From positions 1-38,327 of the IMG/VR virus record IMGVR_UViG_3300028586_000047: 38,327 bases of DNA; one strand, 5' to 3'. The notes beneath the pieces are model-generated. The model was not told the DNA's origin. It saw only the letters and a list, made by a program, of their open reading frames with translations, and searched no databases. Positions 32,900 through 38,327 of the stretch are shown here, in pieces; position 1 is the first letter of the stretch; each line of letters starts with the position of its first letter. Made by a program: the position numbers and the translations under genes. The stretch comes from a virus. Its lineage: Duplodnaviria > Caudoviricetes.

Positions 32900-34927
32900 A
32901 TGGCCTTCGACGTACAAGGCGCCCGCGCCGCTGGCTACACCGACGTGGAAATTGCCGACCACCTGGCGCAAGAGCGAAAGTTCAATATCGCTGGCGCCCG
33001 CAAGTCCGGGTATTCGGAAACCGAGATTATCGGCCACCTGTCCACCCCACGTGCCCCCAGCGCTGACGACATCCCGATCGATGCCACGGCTCGAGCTGCT
33101 GGTCCAGCCGCGCCGGCGGCGCCACAACCAGCGCCGGGCTTGGCCGACCAGATCATCGGCGCCGGCGAAACCGCGCTGTCGCTCGCGACGGGCGCCACGG
33201 GCGGTGCTGTCGGCATGCTGGCCGGCACCGCCAAAGGCCTGGCCGGCTCCGTCATGGACGGCACCTTCGGCACCCAGCAGGGTGTGCGCCAAGTCGAGCA
33301 GTCCGCCGGCGAAGCCATGTCCGCCCTCACCTACCAGCCGCGCACCGTGTCCGGACAAGAGCAGGCCACCGCCCTGGGCGAGACGCTTGCCGCTGCCATT
33401 CCGGCCGCAGGCCTGGGTAATGAACTGGCCGCTGCCGGCCGCGCTGCCAGCAACGCCGGCGCCGCCGCGCGCAATGGCGCCGTGCCGGCGGCTCAGGCCG
33501 GCCTCGAGCGTATCCGCACCGCAGCGCCGGCGATCGCCGAGCGCGTGCAGCGCACCCTGAGCCGTAACCCGGACCGCGCCATGCCGACGCCCGGCACCCT
33601 GGGCAGCGCCGGCGCGGCCGGTACCGACATGGCGCTGCAGCGGCGCGAGCTGGCGCGCGAAGTCGGCGTCGACCTGACCGAAGGCCAGACCACGCGCGAT
33701 CAGCAGCAGCTGCGATTCGAGCATGAAACAGGGAAAGGCCAGCTTGGCGCCGGCTTCCGTGATCGCTGGTCCGACCAGAACGAACAGGTGTTCAAGCACT
33801 TCGATCACCTGGTCGACCAGACCGGCAAGGCCACGGCCGATAAGGCGGCAACGGGCCGCTCCGTGGATGACGCCCTGCGCGCCGGCCTGGCCAACGATAA
33901 GGCCCGCGTGCGCGTCGCCTACAAGGAAGCCGAGAAATCAGCAGAGAGCGCCGCGCCTGTGACGCTCGACTCCGCCATCCAGTTCCTGAACGACAGCGCG
34001 CCAGACGCGGAAGTGTCGAAGCTGCTGGGCGCCGCACGCCGGCACGCCATCAAACTGGGCGCCGCCATCGAAGACGCAGACGGCAACCTAGTGGCGCAGC
34101 CCACCACCGTCAAGAACGCCGAGCTGCTGCGCCGCGCGGTCGGCAACGCTACCGACTACGAGCCGACCAACATGCGCAACGCCGCCATCCTCAAGGGCGA
34201 GATCGACACAGCCACCGGGCCGGCCGCTGGCCCGATGTACCGCAGGGCGCGCCGGCTGCGCGAGAACTTGGCCAAGAAATACGAGGACCGTGGCGTGGTC
34301 ACGTCCCTGCTGAACAACAAGAAGGGCATGGCCGACCGCAAGGTGGCGATCGCCGACGTGTTCGAGCACTCGATCCTGGGCGCGAGCCGTGAAGACGTGT
34401 CGGCAGTGCGCCGCGCGCTGACCGCGCACTCGAAGGATGCCCCCGATGAGATCGTGCAGCTGGGCCAGCAGGCCTGGCGCGACCTGCAGGGCGAGACGCT
34501 CAACTGGATCAAGGAAGAGGCGTACCGCAACACGGCCACCGACCAGCGCGGCAAGACGATCCTGTCGGTACCGAAGCTCGAGAGCGCAGTCAAGCGCCTC
34601 GATGCCGATGGTCGGCTCGACACCATCTTCGGCAAGCAAGGTGCGCAGCACCTGCGTGACATCAACGACTTGGCCAAGGTGATCTACACCACCCCGCCTG
34701 GCGCCGTAAACCATTCGAACACGGCCAGCGTACTGCTGGCGGCGCTGACCGAAGCCGGCGTCACTGGGTCCATGACCGGCTTGCCGGTACCGGTGCTGTC
34801 AGCGCTGCGCCTGGCCGCCATCCAGGTCAAGAACCGCCGGATCCAGAAACGTATCGAGCAAGCCTTGAGCCGCCAGCGCGCTACCGACGAACCCCGCCCG
34901 CCCGCGCCGCCGCGCACCCTTCACTAA
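32900..34927 (+). CDS. DNA ejection protein, P22 gp16 position
   Basis: 675 aa helical; two N-terminal GAR.(A/S)GY...EI..HL repeats; LT.GQ.TRD. Confidence 0.78.
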   Translation: MAFDVQGARAAGYTDVEIADHLAQERKFNIAGARKSGYSETEIIGHLSTPRAPSADDIPIDATARAAGPAAPAAPQPAPGLADQIIGAGETALSLATGATGGAVGMLAGTAKGLAGSVMDGTFGTQQGVRQVEQSAGEAMSALTYQPRTVSGQEQATALGETLAAAIPAAGLGNELAAAGRAASNAGAAARNGAVPAAQAGLERIRTAAPAIAERVQRTLSRNPDRAMPTPGTLGSAGAAGTDMALQRRELAREVGVDLTEGQTTRDQQQLRFEHETGKGQLGAGFRDRWSDQNEQVFKHFDHLVDQTGKATADKAATGRSVDDALRAGLANDKARVRVAYKEAEKSAESAAPVTLDSAIQFLNDSAPDAEVSKLLGAARRHAIKLGAAIEDADGNLVAQPTTVKNAELLRRAVGNATDYEPTNMRNAAILKGEIDTATGPAAGPMYRRARRLRENLAKKYEDRGVVTSLLNNKKGMADRKVAIADVFEHSILGASREDVSAVRRALTAHSKDAPDEIVQLGQQAWRDLQGETLNWIKEEAYRNTATDQRGKTILSVPKLESAVKRLDADGRLDTIFGKQGAQHLRDINDLAKVIYTTPPGAVNHSNTASVLLAALTEAGVTGSMTGLPVPVLSALRLAAIQVKNRRIQKRIEQALSRQRATDEPRPPAPPRTLH

Positions 34928-34940
34928 TTCGAGGACATTC

Positions 34941-36569
34941 ATGCTCCCAGTCGAACAACCCTTCAAGACGTACACCGGCCTCGATGGCAAGCCGCTCGAA
35001 AACGGTTACGTGTACATCGGCAAACCGAACCAGAACCCGGCAAACGAGTCGCAGCGCGTCACGATCTACTGGGACGCCGCCGGCACTATCCCTGCCGAAC
35101 AACCGTTGCGAACCGTCGGCGGCTACATCATGCGCGGCGGGACACCAGCTAACGTGTTTTTCGATGGCGAATATTCCGAGCTGGTGCGCGACTCGAAGAT
35201 GCGCCAAGTGGCCTATGCGCAGAGCTCGGAGAATTTCAGCCTGGCGGCAGTCGTTCGCGGCTACGTAACGAAGTTCGCTTCCATCGTGGGAGCAGCACTC
35301 ATCGGCTTCTCGCAAGGCGCTGCCGGGGCCGTACCGCTCACGCTCGAGGACGTGCTGCGCGAGAATGTCAGCGTCGCGCGCTTCGGCGCGATCGGCGACA
35401 GTGTCCACGATGACACAGCGGCGATTCAGGCGGCCATCGACTCCTTCCCGAATGCGTCCTCCTGCGCGGTTCGCTTCCTGCCGGGCCGCACCTACAACAT
35501 CAAGGGCACCATCTACACGCGCAATCGCAGCGTTCTCCTGGACGGCCAAAACGCGATCCTGGTCATTAGCGGAAACGTTGAATATGGAATAAAAATCACC
35601 GGCACGAACTGTGAAGTCCGGAACCTGCAAATTAACCGAGCCAGCGGCGCGCAGGTCACGGCCGCCGTGTACTTGACCGGCCTGCAGCACGTGATCCAGA
35701 ACGTGACGAGCCGCGCGCAGACCTGGCCTACGTTCATCCTGAGCCAGGACCTGAAGGAATCGCATTTCACCCAGATCCGCGTCGACAACGACGTGACCGG
35801 CCTCACTGGAAAGATCTTCCAGTTCGATTACTGCGTGAACAACACGGTGTCGAACTCGATGGTGGGCTTCTGCGCGCAGGCCTTCTATGGCAGCGGCCTT
35901 GGACAGCCGACGTCGAACTATCACAACGAAGGGATCCTGATCAGCAACGTGATCACGGTCTACGCCGGCAAGGCGGTGAACTTCGACAACGGCACCTTCA
36001 TTGCCATCACGAATTGCTGCTTTGACTTCTGCGAGACGATCGGCGTCTTCGTGTCGAACGGCACCGACCTGATGGTCTCGAACACCTGGATCGCCAGCAA
36101 TTTGACCGACGACTTCCTCGGCATCGGCACGCTGAGTGGTGTAGATGGCGTCTCCATCCAGAACTGCACCTTCGTTCGCGGTGCCAAAGCGATCGCCGGC
36201 GCGCGCGGCGTTTCTCTGCCGGGACCAAGCGCCCTGGTGCTCTGCAACCGGTTCCGCTTGGGCATGAGCGGTGGCGTGGTCACCCAATCCACAAGCCAGG
36301 TCGGCTTCAATTCGGTCACCGGTGGCGGCACGAACATCATTGCCAACAACAGTGTTTCGACCGTCGTTGGCTCGATGTCTATCGAGAAGTTCTTGACGAT
36401 TCCAACGGGCGGTGCCCTGCGCGTCGGCGGTAACGAAGGCATTTACCCGATCGCGCTGTCCGGCTCTGCAAGTGCTGGCAACAACGGAGCACTCCCCGCC
36501 CAGACCGCCGGCTACTACGGAGTGATCGTCGAAGGCGAAATGGGGATGATCCCCTTCTTCAAACCGTAA
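34941..36569 (+). CDS. Tailspike with beta-helix (pectate-lyase-like) domain
   Basis: N-terminal virion-binding GKPL.NGYVYIG..N; VSVARFGAIGD..HDDTAAIQAAID; Asn/Cys ladder repeats. Confidence 0.9.
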   Translation: MLPVEQPFKTYTGLDGKPLENGYVYIGKPNQNPANESQRVTIYWDAAGTIPAEQPLRTVGGYIMRGGTPANVFFDGEYSELVRDSKMRQVAYAQSSENFSLAAVVRGYVTKFASIVGAALIGFSQGAAGAVPLTLEDVLRENVSVARFGAIGDSVHDDTAAIQAAIDSFPNASSCAVRFLPGRTYNIKGTIYTRNRSVLLDGQNAILVISGNVEYGIKITGTNCEVRNLQINRASGAQVTAAVYLTGLQHVIQNVTSRAQTWPTFILSQDLKESHFTQIRVDNDVTGLTGKIFQFDYCVNNTVSNSMVGFCAQAFYGSGLGQPTSNYHNEGILISNVITVYAGKAVNFDNGTFIAITNCCFDFCETIGVFVSNGTDLMVSNTWIASNLTDDFLGIGTLSGVDGVSIQNCTFVRGAKAIAGARGVSLPGPSALVLCNRFRLGMSGGVVTQSTSQVGFNSVTGGGTNIIANNSVSTVVGSMSIEKFLTIPTGGALRVGGNEGIYPIALSGSASAGNNGALPAQTAGYYGVIVEGEMGMIPFFKP

Positions 36570-36580
36570 TCGAAAAAACC

Positions 36581-36952
36581 ATGATCGAAAAACCACCTCC
36601 ATCCCCAATCATCTTCGACCTGGCGACCATGCTCACCTGGGCCTGGGTGATCGGTCTGTCTCTGCTCGGCGGCTTCGTGTCGTTCTACCAGAAGCTGAAG
36701 GCCGGCCACGTGCGCGCCTGGAACGTTACCGAGTTCGTCGGCGAGATGGCCACGTCGGCATTCGTCGGCATCCTCACCTTCAAGGCGTGCAACTGGCTCC
36801 AATGGGATCCGTCCCTGACCGCGGCCGTTGTCGGCATCACTGCACACATGGGTTCGCGAGCGCTATTCAAGGCCGAGGCCAAGTTCAGCGCCTGGGCCGA
36901 TTCGAAATTCCCAACCCCAAAGGATCCAGATGAGCATCACGAAAATCATTGA
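36581..36952 (+). CDS. Holin (LydA-like)
   Basis: Three hydrophobic segments, LLGG.VS, TSAFVG, GI.AHMGSRAL; precedes the endolysin. Confidence 0.88.
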   Translation: MIEKPPPSPIIFDLATMLTWAWVIGLSLLGGFVSFYQKLKAGHVRAWNVTEFVGEMATSAFVGILTFKACNWLQWDPSLTAAVVGITAHMGSRALFKAEAKFSAWADSKFPTPKDPDEHHENH

Positions 36953-37475
36953 TGGCGTAATCGAGCGCGAGAAGGGTTACGTCAACAACCCGAACGACGC
37001 CGGTGGCGAAACCATGTGGGGCATCACCATCGCCACGGCGCGGCGCCACGGCTATACCGGCGCCATGCGCGACTTGCCTCGCGCCACGGCGGCGGCGATC
37101 TACATGGCCGAGTACGTTACAGAACCAGGCTTCCACAGGATCGTGGTGCTGAACGCAGCCATCGGCGAGGAGCTCGTCGACTCGGGCGTGAATTGCGGCC
37201 CTGGCCGGCCTGGCCCATGGTTGCAGCGCACACTCAATTTGCTCAACCGCCAAGCACAGCTGTTTCCCGACCTAGTGGTCGACGGCGTGCTGGGCCCGGC
37301 CACGCAGTCGGCGCTGCTGCACGTCTTACAGCAGCGCGGCGCCGACGGCGAGAAGGTCATCCTGCGGGCGCTTAATTGCATCCAGGGCGCCTATTACATG
37401 GAGATCACCGAGCGCCGCGCCGCGAATGAAGAGTTTTTTTTCGGCTGGATGCTGAACCGGGTGGAGGTCGCATGA
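36930..37475 (+). CDS. Endolysin, glycoside hydrolase 108 + PG-binding domain
   Basis: EKGYVNNPNDAGGET.WGIT, D.GVN.G, VDG..GP.T, F.FGW..NR. Confidence 0.93.
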   Translation: MSITKIIDGVIEREKGYVNNPNDAGGETMWGITIATARRHGYTGAMRDLPRATAAAIYMAEYVTEPGFHRIVVLNAAIGEELVDSGVNCGPGRPGPWLQRTLNLLNRQAQLFPDLVVDGVLGPATQSALLHVLQQRGADGEKVILRALNCIQGAYYMEITERRAANEEFFFGWMLNRVEVA

Positions 37476-37954
37476 GCGCGCTCGAGCGACTTGTCGCAAC
37501 GGTGTTGCTGGCGGTTGTCCTGCTGGTGGTCGGCTGGGCTGGCTTCCAATGGTACGGCGCCAGCCAGTACGAGGCTGGCCACGCCGCTGCCGTCGCCGAG
37601 CGCGGCGCGCGCGACGCTGTCGCCGTTCTCGCACGCACCGAGCAGAACATCGCCACTGCCCAGCACCACGGCGCCATCAACCTCAAAATCACCGAGACAA
37701 AACATGAAGAGCTTGCTCCTGTTGTTCAGCGCATCTATGTTGACCGCGTGCGCGTCGGCGCCGCTACCTGTGGACCTGCCACCACCGCCGAAGCCGAAGA
37801 TGCCAGCAGCGGCCACGGCGCCGATCCCGCCGGCCGGCTGGTACGTGACGACGTCGAGAGAGATACGCGAGCGCTAGAAGAGGCCGTCGAGCGGCACCTG
37901 GCCACTGCGCGCGCTTGCCAGGCCTGGGGCGCCGAGAACGGGTTCGCGCCATGA
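37472..37954 (+). CDS. Inner-membrane spanin (Rz-like)
   Basis: N-terminal TM helix, coiled coil, two Cys; follows the endolysin. Confidence 0.82.
   Translation: MSALERLVATVLLAVVLLVVGWAGFQWYGASQYEAGHAAAVAERGARDAVAVLARTEQNIATAQHHGAINLKITETKHEELAPVVQRIYVDRVRVGAATCGPATTAEAEDASSGHGADPAGRLVRDDVERDTRALEEAVERHLATARACQAWGAENGFAP
37704..37877 (+). CDS. Outer-membrane spanin lipoprotein (Rz1-like), embedded in +1 frame
   Basis: MKSLLLLFSASMLTAC lipobox, Pro-rich mature part. Confidence 0.85.
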   Translation: MKSLLLLFSASMLTACASAPLPVDLPPPPKPKMPAAATAPIPPAGWYVTTSREIRER

Positions 37955-38133
37955 TGGAATTTCACGTGCTCACGCCGCGAGGATCGGTGCATCTATTGTC
38001 CGTTGACGGCGGGCGGATTGTATCGGACACCCCACACCTTGGCGATCCGCTGACCGCGCGTAGCGGTGCCACCAGCACCGTAGCCCCGCCGGGGCCGTTG
38101 CTCCAGGATCACTCGGCAGACAACACTGAGTGA
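37951..38133 (+). CDS. Hypothetical protein, 60 aa
   Basis: ATGA overlap with Rz; conflicts with the minus-strand ORF. Confidence 0.4.
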   Translation: MMEFHVLTPRGSVHLLSVDGGRIVSDTPHLGDPLTARSGATSTVAPPGPLLQDHSADNTE

Positions 38134-38244
38134 GACGTTACGCTCATGCAGGTAACAGGCCGCAGGGTACATGCCGAACACATCGGCGATGTTTGCGGCA
38201 AGGTCGACGTAGACAGCAGTCAGGCGGTCGGTTCGGGCGTCCAT
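37993..38244 (-). CDS. Hypothetical protein, 83 aa
   Basis: Protein-like ORF RTDRLTA.YVDLA.......G...AA.YL....VSL.V..RV. Confidence 0.6.
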   Translation of the reverse strand: MDARTDRLTAVYVDLAANIADVFGMYPAACYLHERNVSLSVVCRVILEQRPRRGYGAGGTATRGQRIAKVWGVRYNPPAVNGQ

Positions 38245-38327
38245 GCGCTATTCTGGCGTGTCGGCTGCTGCCCGGTTTGACGTACCTCAAGCGTTACGCT
38301 TCGTCGGTAAGCATCCCGTGCTGTCCT

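Noticed and set aside
34941-38327. Diversity-generating retroelement or invertible tail cassette
   Set aside because: No reverse transcriptase, invertase or TR/VR repeat pair visible within the window

Overview
Almost the whole window (about 510 to the right edge) is a temperate prophage with lambdoid organisation and a P22/Sf6-like short-tailed (podovirus) virion module. It is integrated in a tRNA-Pro(GGG) gene. Only the duplicated 3' half of the tRNA (att) is visible, at 510-554, and the other att lies outside the window. Gene order: integrase/xis; early-left genes (ASCH-like, HNH-like, isolated H-NS DNA-binding domain, KTSC, YqaJ exonuclease, RecT); a ~330-nt non-coding block of tRNA-like folds; PL/OL; an AT-rich cargo cassette including a HEPN-like protein; cI, OR/PR, cro; a Cas2/VapD-like antisense gene; a Dam-type methylase; a DUF1376 replication protein; HNH-AP2; RusA; terS, terL, portal, scaffold, coat; tail-hub genes; ejection proteins; tailspike; holin, GH108 endolysin and embedded spanins. 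The host looks like a GC-rich betaproteobacterium (inference). The most unusual signals are non-coding. (i) Tandem tRNA-mimic RNAs in the PL transcript, one with a perfect T-arm and one with complementary kissing loops. (ii) A GATAG-N7-CTATC palindrome in front of four late-gene blocks, in a phage where I see no Q gene. (iii) Small H-type pseudoknots in late leaders. All protein assignments come from motif recognition by eye, not from database searches.
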